DNA of 63,663 nucleotides, counting the filler, from Kipferlia bialata (taxonomy: Eukaryota): assembly GCA_003568945.1 (NCBI GenBank). It is 6 parts of 6 records of this genome, joined end to end, with 100 filler letters (N's around TTAATTAATTAA, not from the genome) between each part and the next. Parts side by side here need not be neighbours in the genome. Positions count along the whole stretch, not along the records: positions 21,179 to 35,467 come from BDIP01000838.1; positions 35,568 to 49,855 come from BDIP01000839.1; 4 more parts are not named here. One strand, written 5' to 3'. The notes under the pieces were generated by a model. The model was not told where the DNA came from and made no database searches. It was given only the letters and a program-made list of their open reading frames with translations. Both the position numbers and the translations under genes were made by a program. Shown in pieces: positions 26,496 to 38,729 of this stretch. Within the stretch, counting starts at the first letter, position 1. Each line of letters starts with the position of its first letter.

Positions 26496-29478
26496 AGTCT
26501 CATTCCCAGCCAATGCCGCCAAGTCCATGTTTGCCCCCTTGCTCGAGCCAGTGGCTATCAACCTGCTCGGTGGGGATACACTCTCTGTCTATATATACAT
26601 AGTATGGAGATAGTAATTCTATATTACGGTATTGATATATATATTTGTATTTATATATATTTTTATACTGCCAGCTCTGGTGTATCTCCTGCTGAACCGG
26701 TTGAGTGAAACTAGGTCTATCAAATAGAATAGATATCCACCTCACACCCAGCCGTTCTGCTTCTGAGCCACATGGTGTTTGCCAACCTCATCTACTGCAC
26801 ACAGGTACAGGGATGCAGTGGTAGTATCCACACCTGACCTATGAACATATATATATATATGGATACTGAAGTATATAGCTGACCTCATCTATTGCACAGG
26901 TACAGCGATCAAGTAGTGGTACACATCTCACCCAGTTGTGAATTGATTTCTACATATACCGCTCACCCCAGCACTTTGGCAACTCCTCCTCCCGGACCGA
27001 GAGATACGAGAAGGAGGCACTGATGGCATTCTACTTCAGTGTGCTCGGGTATGGTGGTAGTAGCAGTATATATATATTTGCATGACGAGGTGGTAAGACT
27101 TAATAGTCTTGGCCCCGTGTCTGTCGGATACCAGATTGGTCACGTCTGCAGCGTGGCTGGGTTGGATATTTCACGTACCTTGACTCGTATTGTGGATACC
27201 CTATTGCGCTGTGTTTCACCCCAGGTATGATCTGTCCAAGATCAACACATCCCTAGGGAGGCTTCTGGCAGGTAGAGGAAGCCTATATGAAGTTGAACGG
27301 GAACCTCTGTCCTGACGATTTGTTGTCTTCCCTCTCTAACCTATAGGCATCGACACCCTGCTCCAGTCTGTGCTCATGACCCTGTTATATGTATATTGTA
27401 TTATCTCATACATATATATATATTCATGTATTCATAGTGGAGTACCTTTACCCCCAGGCATTGACACCCTGCTCCAGTCTGTGCTCATGACCCTGTTTGT
27501 CTCTGCTGTCACTGTCGTCAGTATCACAGCATCGGACAGCCAGTTCGACCCAGACTCGCTAAAGGTGCGTGTGTTGTACATATGTCATGTACACTCTGTT
27601 TGGTTTGGACAACCCCCTCACGGCTAGGAGTACAGTGTAGCCGCAGTCGATGGGTCTGGCACCTACAACTGGGTAAGTGTGTAATGGAGCCATACACCCC
27701 AGGTCAAGTCAACGGAATGGGTGCTCTCATGCAATAGTATGTGTACTTAACTCCTTAGTTGTACTATTCTTATACAGGTCAAGTCCACGGGTGCCAAAAT
27801 GTTAGACCTCAACAGTGACTACAGCAATGCCCTGTCTCTGCTGCAGACAGGGGGGGCAGACGCCATATGTTCCATGAAGGAGCCACTTAACCAGGTGTGT
27901 GTGTACACGTATATGTCTCGAAGGTTGGTAGTATATGTGTATATTTCCATGGATATCTTCATACCCACCCCCAGGTCATCAAGGACAACCAGGGTCTATA
28001 CAAATATATGTCAATATATGTAATGTATACTCTATATATGTATATGATAATTCATATTCCCACTTGTACATACCCACCCCCAGGTCATCAAGGACAACCA
28101 GGGGCTCATCTGTGAGGTGGACGGTGAGTGGGACATGTATATATATATACCTGTCCCTATCTCTGTTGGCATCTCTTCCTTAACCCCTAGGCCAGTGGAA
28201 CATCACCCATCCATTACAATCCATACTACTACCAGTCATGTGTCTGAATGTATATGTATGTACTTATGTCTTACCCCAGGCCAGTGGAACACACCCATTT
28301 CCATCCATATCCATCCATATCCATTTACACCTATATATTCTATGTACATACACCTATATCTCCTGTATACATGTCCCCTTGACCCTCAGGCCAGTGGAAC
28401 ATCACCCCCAAGGTCGTCTACATCCACGACACATACACTGAGTACGGGGACAACTTCAACGTGGCTCTGCAGGTAGAGAGGTGTATATACACCTTCTAAC
28501 CTAGTTACTGCCCTTCATAGTCATCCCACCTCTGACCCTCGGTTATCTTTCATATACCTAGCAGTCAAATACTCCCCTGATACACACCCCTCACCCCCCA
28601 GCGTATGAAGGAGACCGGAGTGCTGGATGACCTTGCTGCAACATGGCTCGACACACCGGTGGAGGGTACGGTAGTATATGTGTATATATACACGCACTTA
28701 TACAATACTATATGTGTATGTATATATGTATATATATATATATACCGGTCGAGGGTACGGTAGTGTGTGCACACTTGCGTCTAGATAGATATCTTGTACG
28801 GCGTCTGCCACCTTACAGAATGTACTTTTATTGGTATGCCTCAACCCTGTACTAACCTCTCAGCCTGGGGCAACCTTGGTCTGGAGGTTGCACTGTGGGC
28901 ATCCCTGGGACTGCTTGGGGTGGGACTATGGCTAGGTGGGTGCATATATATATATATAGAGAGAGAGAATGATAGATAGATAGATATATATGTAGATATA
29001 TATGAGACCGTGTGGGGTGGGACTGTGGCTAGGTATGTGTCGGTGTGTGTTTATGTGTGTTTCCTTACTGTATCACATACACATGTCTAACCGCCAGGTA
29101 TCCTGACTGTGTCCAAGTTCAGGACCACCCTGGTCAAGAGGAAGGGCAGGGACAAGGTGACTATATATATGTATATATATATGTATATTAGAGTATATCT
29201 ATGTATGAGTCTATAAGAAACACACATTACTACCTATGCTCACCCTTGTCAAGAGGAAGTGAAGGGACATGGTGATATCTATGTGTTTATATATACGTTT
29301 ATATATATATACTACTAACTATGCTCATATTCTTAAGAGAGAGGAAAGGCAGGGACAAGGTGAGGGGAGCTGATAATAGACTAAAATACATAATTACGGA
29401 TACTGATACTACCACCCACACTGATACCAGGTGACGAAGGGGGGTAACTCCACCCTTGGTCCCAGACTAGCTGTGTAA
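25860..29478 (+). CDS. Ionotropic glutamate receptor-like ligand-gated channel, paralog 1 (N-terminal exons missing)
   Basis: Exons: GTDLQVVCVDG / VANDEYPVFFSG..SRLVLDVRPTISFRTGGVG / MFAPLLEPVAINLLAVLLLSHMVFANLIYC (M1) / ALMAFYFSVLGYDL (pore) / NTSLGRLLAGIDTLLQSVLMTLFVSAVT (M3) / S2 ...FNVALQRMKETGVLDDLAATWL / LEVALWASLGLLGVGLWLGIL (M4) / VTKGGNSTLGPRLAV*. Confidence 0.75.
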
Positions 29479-29741
29479 TGATACACTAGCAGGGGACATA
29501 GCCCTGTAACAGAGTAACCTCTATGTGACCGGAATACCCATACACACAATGGATATATATCTGGTGCACCAGTCTGACATGGCACACGGGGACACATCTC
29601 AGTGTGGCTAGTGGACTAATAGATAGAGGGTACACGTGTATTACATCAGTGTGACAAGAATGGGAGAAGTGATAGATAGGGTTCAGCCGTTTTTGGATGT
29701 GTGACATCGGTGTGGAGTTGACATATGTCTTGTCTAGCACC

Positions 29742-32700
29742 ATGACACTCCGGCTGCTGCTAGCTGCAGTGTGTGTGGTGTGTGTTTGGGCATGGGGGTG
29801 TGGGGCCAGTGTGCCTCCTCTGTCTAGGTAGGACTAGTGTATAGTGTGTATGTGTATGTACCTATCCTCACTTGCTTAGGGAGGAGATGTCTCTCCTGAG
29901 GACCGGTCTTAGGGCATGGGCCAAGATGATAGGGGAGGAAGAGGCAGACGCAGAGGCCAAGGAGGTCACAGGGGGTACGTAAGTATGTATATATGAATCA
30001 CGCGAGTTTATCGTTGTCACTTTGTCAGTCTTGGTCAATGGGAGTCTTGATACCCTGAGACGGTTGTGACACTCTACCCACACTGCTCTCTCTCTCTCCC
30101 TCTCCTTCTCTAACCCATCAGTCTCTGGCGACTACACGTTCACATCCGACAATGTGCAGGTATGGTATGGGTGTGGTGGTTGTGTGAGTATAGTCATAGT
30201 ACATGTCGTAGTGGATTGAGTTGTCCTGCCTCTCTGACTACCCGGAATCTGCTCTCTCTCTCATTCCCTGTCATTGCGTACTCTCTCTCTCTCCCACCAT
30301 GCCTCCGTCTGACTCCCCAGATCTGCACCCTGGACTACCCCCCGTATGCATACTGCTCGGAGTCACAGACAAACCCTAGAGGTAGGGACAGCGTATATGT
30401 ATTTCTCCACCTCAGTCTATGTATCATCATGCCAATACCGATCCTCACCCATGGTTTGTGGCTGAGATGATGAGCTTATATATCTATATATATTTATATA
30501 TATTTATATCTATATATCTATACAAATATATATACCGATCCTCACCCCCAGGGTTTGTGACTGAGCTGACCCAGAAGATCAACAGCCTCATGGGTATGTG
30601 GGATGGGTTATGTACTCACTATGTCACCGCATGTGTATATATCATTGGTCTGCCACTGTCTAGTATCTAATGGCGTCACCGTCCCCCCCCCACCCTCTCT
30701 ACCCGTAGGCACCGACCTAGATGTCGTGTGTGTCGAGGGAAGCTTTACAGACGCCGTCACCATGGTATGGTTGCTCTCTCTACTTCTCTCCCTCTCTAGT
30801 ATGGATACTCGTGTGCACTCTTGCCACTCAACCCCCCCCCCCCTCTTTTAACACCCAGGTGGCCAATGACGAGTACCCGATATTCTTCAGGTGAGACACA
30901 CACCAACTATGTATTGATACTCTCTCTCTCTCTCTCTCTCCCTACTGCTATCTTCCTGATCCCTCACATCTCTCGGTGCCACCAACTCATCATTATCTCT
31001 CCCGTATTCGCTCTCCCCCTATCATATTGGTAGTATACCCAAACCTCACACTCAGTGGGGCTAACAACTCCCGGGCTAGGCTTATGATGGATGTGAGACC
31101 CACCATCTCATTCAGAACGGGAGGGGTGGGGTTCGCCACTCTCTGTGACACCAGTGCAAGTACGTGCATCACATACAATATTATTACATACTATGATACC
31201 TGCCTGCTCGTGACGATACTCTCTCTCTCATCTCACCCCCAGCCAGTGCCGCCGCCTCCATGTTTGCACCCCTCAAGGAGCCAGTGGCAGTCAACCTCCT
31301 AGGTGGGGAGGGTTATGGCTGCACACATATATATAGTATATGCTTGTGGCACTCAACCTGCTAGGCGCTTTGTATTTTAATATTTACTATATATATACTA
31401 TATACTATATATTACCATCTTGATACTCCGAATAGTGTCAGACATACCGCTCAACCCCAGCCGTTCTTCTGCTCAGTCACATGGTCTTTGCCAACCTCAT
31501 CTACTGCACACAGGTATGGTATCATGTACCATTTGTACTCTCCAACATGTAGCTATGTCTTGGCAGAACTATTCTTCCCTCACCTTAGCACTGTAGCAAC
31601 TTTCCCCCCGTTCTCTCTCTAGATGTATATTCATCTAGGTTAATTAGGTATCCTTCACCCCCAGCACTTTGGCAACAGTGCTTGTCGGACCCGCAGCTAT
31701 GAGAAGGAAGCACTAATGGCATTCTACTTCAGTGTATTGGGGTATGGAAGTATATGTATTTGTGTGTCATTATTATAATGTAGTCCCACCCTAGGTATGA
31801 CCTGACCAAGATCAACACATCACTGGGCAGACTCCTTGCAGGTATGAGACTCTCTCTACCTATGCCTGCGTACTCCTCTATAACACTGACACCCATATAG
31901 ACTGAGTCTTTGCAGATGGATTTGGTGTCGAGTGAGTATACACACTCTACACTAGCATAACCCCCAGGCATTGACACCCTTCTCCAGTCTGTGCTCATGA
32001 CTCTGTTTGTCTCAGCTGTCACTGTCGTGAGTATCACAGCATCGGACAGCCAGTTCGACCCAGACTCGCTAAAGGTGTGTACTCTGGTGTCACCATATCA
32101 TAGTGCAAGTGAATGTTCTGTCTGTAAAATGCAGTAGAGTACAGCGCCTCTATTATTTGCCCATCTCACACACCAGGACTACACAATAGCTGCCGTACCA
32201 TCTGAGTCGAACACATACGCATGGGTATGTATATATATGTATATATATATATATACCATAATGGAGGTCTCTAATGGAGATTGTGTAGTATACTACTGTC
32301 CTCTCTGTACATGTCTATAGAGTGCACAAGTCCTAGCATCTGGCCTCTCACCCCATGCCAAATCCACCGGTGCCTCTGTGGTAGACATGTCCTCAGACTA
32401 CTCTGACTGCTACACCCTTCTGGAGGCAGGCACAGTCGATGCGTGCTGCAGTATGAAGGAGGTACTACTAGGCCTAGTATAGTCCATCAACACATTACAG
32501 ATAGTATGTTGGTTGTATGTCTATGTGCTACAGTATGGAGGAGGTACGAATATTACTCTGTGAGGTCATATGAATCGTGTAGCCACACTACCTACTACCC
32601 CCTGCAGTATGAAGGAGGTACAAGTGTTATATACAGCCATGTATAGGTCGCACTACTCTTTCCAACCCCTTCCCACCCCCAGCCCCTCAATGAGGCCATA

Positions 32701-33419
32701 TCCCTGTCCGGAGGCAACCTCTGTGGGTGTGAAGGTTAGTATTACTGACTGAGTAATAGTACCCAGTCACTGTGTAGTATTGTGTATCTGAACTATGTAC
32801 TCACCCCTAGGCCAGTGGAACATCACCCCCAAGATCACGTTCATCCACAACTCGTACATAGAGTATGGTGACAACTACAACGTGGCTCTGCAGGTAGGGA
32901 TTCACTAGTGTATATCGGAGTGCAAACCATTGTTTGCGTGTACTCAGGCCCACCTCAGACTATCCAGGACCAATAGTGTATATGCTACTCTGGTGACTGT
33001 ACATGTGTGTATATTGACGCAGTACTCCCCCTTCCTCACCCCAGACCCTCCAGGACAACGGTGTGCTGGACGACCTGGCCTCTACATGGCTGGACGTCCC
33101 AGTGGAAGGTACTGATACAGTATGTGTGCACTGCTGTTGCAGAGCCCCATCTTATCCTCAGTGTGGGGTCACCTGGGTCTTGAGGTTGCTCTCTGGGCAT
33201 CGATGGGTCTGTTGATAGTGTTCCTGTGGTTAGGTGGGTGTGTATGTACCTGTAGTGCTTGCAGGAATTATAGTTCGCCGCCGATCTATATATACATGTC
33301 TAACCCTAGGCATACTGATAGTGGCCAAGTTCCGGTCCACCCTGGTCAAGAGGAGGAGTAAGGACAAGGTGATAAAGGGCAGGGGGAGCATCAGTGGGAG
33401 TCCGATGCTCTCGGTCTGA
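29742..33419 (+). CDS. Ionotropic glutamate receptor-like ligand-gated channel, paralog 2 (complete, about 20 exons)
   Basis: Signal peptide MTLRLLLAAVCVVCVWAWG, S1 of PBP type 2 (LDYPPYAY...GFVTELTQKI), M1, pore FYFSVLGYD, M3, S2 (LKDYTIAAV...LLEAGTVDA...ALQTLQDNGVLDDLASTWL), M4 and a basic tail. TGA ends at 33419. Confidence 0.8.
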
Positions 33420-33774
33420 GACAGGGAGAGAGAGTGTGTGTGTGGGCAATGACGTGCCCCAGTGTATGATAACTAATCGACTGAGAGTGTCTCTGTTGCA
33501 GTGTATATATACCATCAGATGTCCATATGTGTCAGATGGAGTGTGGTACAGGGCAATAGACAGTGATGATTCCTTATCAGTGTGTCATAGACTAAACACT
33601 GCAATATGACTGGGATATCTAGTATTATCCACATAACATATGGCACAGGGAATGAAAACCATGACTCATTGCCATCTATTCTACACCACACTAAAACCCA
33701 ACACAACCACACTCAACAACACCTTAAAACACCCCTAAGACACCCTATACACACTGTATGCATATGCTGCTATG

Positions 33775-34196
33775 CTAGATGGGCAGAGCGGGTCTCTTGG
33801 AGGGTGGCTGGGCGAGTGGGGGTGGCTGTGACACGGGCACAGACATGTCCATCCCGTCCATACCTGGGTGGGGGTCCATCCCGGGGTGGCCCTCCATGCC
33901 AGGGTGGGGGTGGGGGTGCGGCTGGTGCGGCTGGTGCGGCTGGTGCGGGTGGCCGTCCATGGCAGAACCGTCGGGGATGGACACGTGGGACTGGATGGTG
34001 AGTATCACGTCAAACAATGCACATATCAATCTTCAACTACACTATACATCACACTACATACCTGCACCTGCCCCCCCATGTGGTCCATGCCCGTGGGACT
34101 CATCCCCTGCACCCCCACCTGGGTATGGTCCATGTCTAGGGTGGCACCCCTGGCCCTCTGCTCAGCCCGGTGGATGGCATGCTGGGGTGGGTATAT

Positions 34197-34236
<40 letters not shown>

Positions 34237-35285
34237 CTCAGCACGGTGGATGGCATGCTGGGGTGAGGGGTATGTATAGAGTGAAAATAGAGAGATAGAG
34301 AGAGAGAACTAACACGGCACTGTGCCTACCTCTCTGTCTCTGATCCCAATCTCCCTGTCCCTCAGCAGTATCTCCCTCTGCCTCAGGTTGGTCTCCCTCT
34401 GGTGTGTGGTCTGCTCCAGGGCACGCTCCTTCTGGCCAATCTCATTCTCCCTGGAGTAAGGTAGAATCATATATATAGATTAGTGATAAGGGGGCTGTAT
34501 AGTGCAGCACCCACCTCATCCTGAGGCTCTGCTCCCTCATCTCGCACTGTGCATATATACATATAGAACAGAGGCATATATATATATTCACAATGGGAAG
34601 GGGGGGTGCAGTACCTCATTCTGAGGCTCTGCTCCCTCATCTGGCACTGGGCCTCCACCCTCGCGCACTGCTCCTCCCTCTGCCGCAGGTGGCTGGGGGT
34701 GAGGGGAGTCACACCGAGAGTATATATAGGCATTATATATGTATGTTAATATGAACACCCACCTCTCCCTCATACCGGGGTGATGATATACAGTACATAG
34801 AGCATATATAGTGTATATATATGCTATATACCTCTCCCTCATGCCTGGGTCCCCCATGTCAGGTGCGTCTGGGGGATAGGACATCTCAACACCACCTGGG
34901 GGAGGGGGGACACCAGACACACCGGATACGTGGCCTGGGGTGGGTATATGATCACAGAGAAGGGAATGGGCTACTTATAAACATATACATATACAATACC
35001 TGGTATCTGCCCCATCTGCTGTCCCATCATATAGGTACCATAACTATATCATATATATCAACACCAATTAAATAGTATAGTATACTCACTACTCACTACT
35101 CACAACGCACTACTCACTACAAATAGTATACTCATCTATATACCTGGCATCTGCCCCATCTGAGCCATCTGCCCCATCTGCCCCATCTGCTGCCCCATCA
35201 CCATATGTGCATGGGGGTGCTGGTGCATGGCCTGCCGCTGCTGCTCACGCTGCTTCTCCATCCTGGATGCAGTAGCACACCACCG
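33775..35285 (-). CDS. Hypothetical Gln/Met/His/Pro-rich protein with an Arg/Glu coiled coil, 5'-truncated
   Basis: Exons encode QMGQMGQMAQMG, LRQREEQCARVEAQCQMREQSLRMR, RETNLRQREILLRDRE and HPHQPHQPHQPHPHP...KRPALPI*. Confidence 0.65.
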
Positions 35286-35467
35286 CTGGAGGTGAGAACG
35301 GGAAGAGAGAGAGAGAGAGAGAGAGAGTTAGAGACAGAAAGAGAGTCAGAGAGAGAGAGAAGGATATTGTCCCTCCTGGACGCAGTCGCACACCACCGCT
35401 GGAGTTGAGGAGAGATACAACAAGGGGGGGGGGGGGGGGGGGGGGGGGGAAAAGGGGGGGAAAAAAA

Positions 35468-35567
35468 NNNNNNNNNNNNNNNNNNNNNNNNNNNNNNNNN
35501 NNNNNNNNNNNTTAATTAATTAANNNNNNNNNNNNNNNNNNNNNNNNNNNNNNNNNNNNNNNNNNNN
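35468..35567. other. Artificial contig linker
   Basis: N44-TTAATTAATTAA-N44. Confidence 0.98.
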
Positions 35568-35617
<50 letters not shown>

Positions 35618-35763
35618 GGCACCAAGCCCTTGGGAGAACCACTACAAAAGTGGAGGTAGGAGAGTAATAACATGGAACCTCGAATCATAAGCAGAGTGAC
35701 ACATGGCCGATATATAGGTATATAAGTATATATGTATACGTATATAGGTCCAGACACACTCAC

Positions 35764-36012
35764 CCGGATTGTACCGAGGACAAGAATGGAGACGAGGGAC
35801 CAGTGACTGTCTTGTAAGAAGTGGACCGCGGTCATCCCCCCCCCAACTCCTATTCAGCATAGGCAGATAGAGGGAGAGGGGGGCAGGTATCAGATACGGG
35901 TCAAGGCAAGGGTCGTCCAGTGTATTAGAGACCAGATCCACGTCAAAGCTGCTCCAACCGTAGCCAGTACCCTTAACCAGAGGACTGGTCTGGTGCACTA
36001 ACCGAGCACATA
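35764..36012 (-). CDS. Probable exon(s) of a hypothetical gene running off the contig end
   Basis: GC-balanced open frame (ICARLVHQTSPLVKGTGYGWSSFDVDL...) between an AG acceptor and a gtgagt donor. No recognisable domain. Confidence 0.3.
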
Positions 36013-36510
36013 TCTAAGAGGACGAGTCAGACTCAGCATATCAGATGACAGTACCTCTCTCTCTCTCTCTCTCCCCCCGATACTGGCCCCATACATAAAT
36101 CAGTGCTCTCACCCACCCATTACTAGGTCAGCACGTCTAAACATGGCTCCGTGACCGCTGCTGGTCGGCTGCCTCGCCCTGCAGCCTCAACAACAATTGC
36201 GGCAAGGAGAGACCTCGCACCTTGGAGTGATTTCAGTGAAGTAAGCTTGGAAATTAGTGATTTAGTTACAGTATTGAGTTTTTAGCAACTTCGTGACGAT
36301 TGCAAAGGCTCATGGACCGAGTCTCAACACATGATCTAAAAAAACGGTCAGTCTCTATTGCAACAATCCACTCTCATTACAGTCCTTACAAGGCTTGCAT
36401 GCATGATTCCCTAGCAGCAGCAGATGATCATTTTGATATATTTCAGGCCGCCAATATCAGGTACATGACCAAACAACACTATCAATCTCTATTACAACAA
36501 TCCACTCTGA

Positions 36511-37968
36511 TTACAGGCAGGGCATGATTCCCTTGCAGCAGCTGATGATCATCTTGTGGGCACCAGGGATGAAGGAGATAACATACCTGAATGTGAGCAT
36601 TGGTACTATATTGGTATCATATTGGCAAAGAGTTAAGTGTATTAGTCTATCAGAGCTGTTGAACACTAACACTCAGATACACCATACACTAGATATATCC
36701 TATACATTATGTTGTATAATTTATGCAGTACTACATACCAGAGGAGGGCAGCGAAGGAGCAGTAGTACAGGAGGGACCTGATCCAGCTGGGGTGAGGGGG
36801 ATAAAGAGATAACACTTAGAGAGAGTCAGAGAGAGAGAGATAGAGAGAGAAGTACAGGAGGGACCTGATCCAGCTGGGGTGAGGAGAAGGAGGTAGAGAG
36901 ATAACACTCAGAGAGAGTCAGAGAGAGAGAGAGAGAGAGCGAATTGACGTACTGTGAACGAAGAAAAGCAGCACAATATATACTCGTCTACATAATAATG
37001 TATATGTGTGTATATTAGTACACAAATATGCTAATATATATATAGATGTGTGTGCGTGGATACGTACTGTGGGACGAAGAAGCACAGGACCATGGTGGCT
37101 CCGCATGTGCCGAGGAAGATGAGGGAGGTGGTACGGCGGCTGGACTTGAACATAAACTTCATCTGCTTCTTGGGTCCGACCTTGCATGAGAATATATGAG
37201 TATGAGCTAGGTGGAATTGAGAAAGGGGGTGGGGGATTGAGAGAGAGAGAGAGAGAGAGAGCTGCGTACCAGGAAGATGGTGGACATGGTAGCGAGGAGG
37301 ATACCACCGACGTAGCAGATGGCAAATGTGACGTTGGAGGCAGAGCCGTTACCTGATGTGAGAGAATACTGGGCGGAGAGACAAGTGGGGAATACGGTAC
37401 CGGTACCGGTACCGAATCAGCGACTTCATTTCCCAGCTGAGAGGACATACAATATGGTATACAAGAAACACTATAGTGATAACGCAAGTGATATAGAGGG
37501 GTATAAGGCTCAGCACTGTACTAGAATGCACAACACCTCCATGGATATTGGAGTCTGACATGTATGTCTGGAATGGTAGCATATATACACACTAACAAAA
37601 CCACACTCACCGATGGAGGCCATCAGAAGACCGAGCAGGAAGGCTCCAGCAGCACAGGCGAGCCTCTGACGTCAGATAGATAGAAAGACTGACAGAGAGG
37701 TGGGAGTGTGAGACGTCAAAAGAATGCATCAGACTCAGCCAATAGCAATCCATCCTGACCAAAACTCCTATAAAGTCCACAGCAGAGTATAGGGATCAAA
37801 ATACTGGCGATTCAAGCAGGTTAACGCCCTACAGTTGTGGAAAACTGAGATATAGACTCAGAACTCGGTATGAGCATGCCCTACCATGTTGAGAGACATC
37901 TTGAAGGGACTGTCGCTGAAAGCAGCATTGGCTGCGGAGCCCTGGATTCCACCGGACAGAATAGACAT
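36511..37968 (-). CDS. SFT2: SFT2-like vesicle transport protein (Got1/Sft2 family), 6 exons
   Basis: Spliced: MSILSGG...KMSLNM / RLACAAGAFLLG / ..TFAICYVGGILLATMSTIFL / VGPKKQMKFMFKSSRRTTSLIFL / ..AALLW / YVISFIPGAHKMIISCC...CL*. Matches the family signatures ST.FL.GP.KQ...MF...R and WY..S.IP. Confidence 0.9.
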
Positions 37969-38129
37969 CAGTTACAGCCTAGACACGGTGCATTCCTATG
38001 CGTCCTGAATCACGAAAGGGTGTAGTCCAGCTGTGTTTTTGGTATCAGACCCACTCTCTTCACAGAGGCACCTAGTGTGACCCCCAACGTGACCCTATGC
38101 ACAGTGTATGTGTCCCAAGTGAGGGAGGG

Positions 38130-38692
38130 ATGGGCCAGCAGTCCCATCTGGAGCAGCTCGTGGCCCTGCAGCACAGGTGGGAGATTTTGACATTGTGTCA
38201 TTTGGTACCGGTACCGATATTAAGGATAATGACTACTAGCGTCTCCCACTCTAATATGATACCTGTATAGTGACTGGGAAGGTGATGCGTGTGTTACAGA
38301 GCTCTATACATCACAGTGGAGTAATTATGAATGCCTCCAGACTGTCATTGCAGTATATATTGCTGTCATTGAGTGTACACCCACGTACTCTCTGAATATT
38401 CTGTCTTCTGTATATATGCATTGTAGAAACCTTTATATTTTGGGGTGGCGTGTCTCGGAGTCTGACTTAGTAGCAGTTCTTTTCTGTCTCTCACTCACTC
38501 TCTCACTCTCACACTCTCTCACTCTCTCTGACTCCCAGGGGTGATGAGTGCCTTAAGTCCCTTGTCGGTCTGATCAGACAGCCCCCAACACCAGACATCC
38601 TGTTCAACAAGTGAGTATGCTCTCTCTGTCTCCCACCTCCACTCTACTATTTCACTCTATCTTACACTAGTCAAAACATCTTGTTCAACAAG

Positions 38693-38729
<37 letters not shown>

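Noticed and set aside
24953..29478. Novel CH-domain/iGluR fusion protein
   Set aside because: Exon phases are incompatible across the poly-C tract and both genes are incomplete there, so a mis-join is more likely.
24580..36513. Hexamitid-type code with TAA/TAG read as Gln
   Set aside because: TAG (ade) and TAA (channel paralog 1, SFT2) fall at the expected protein ends, and long exons lack in-frame TAR codons.
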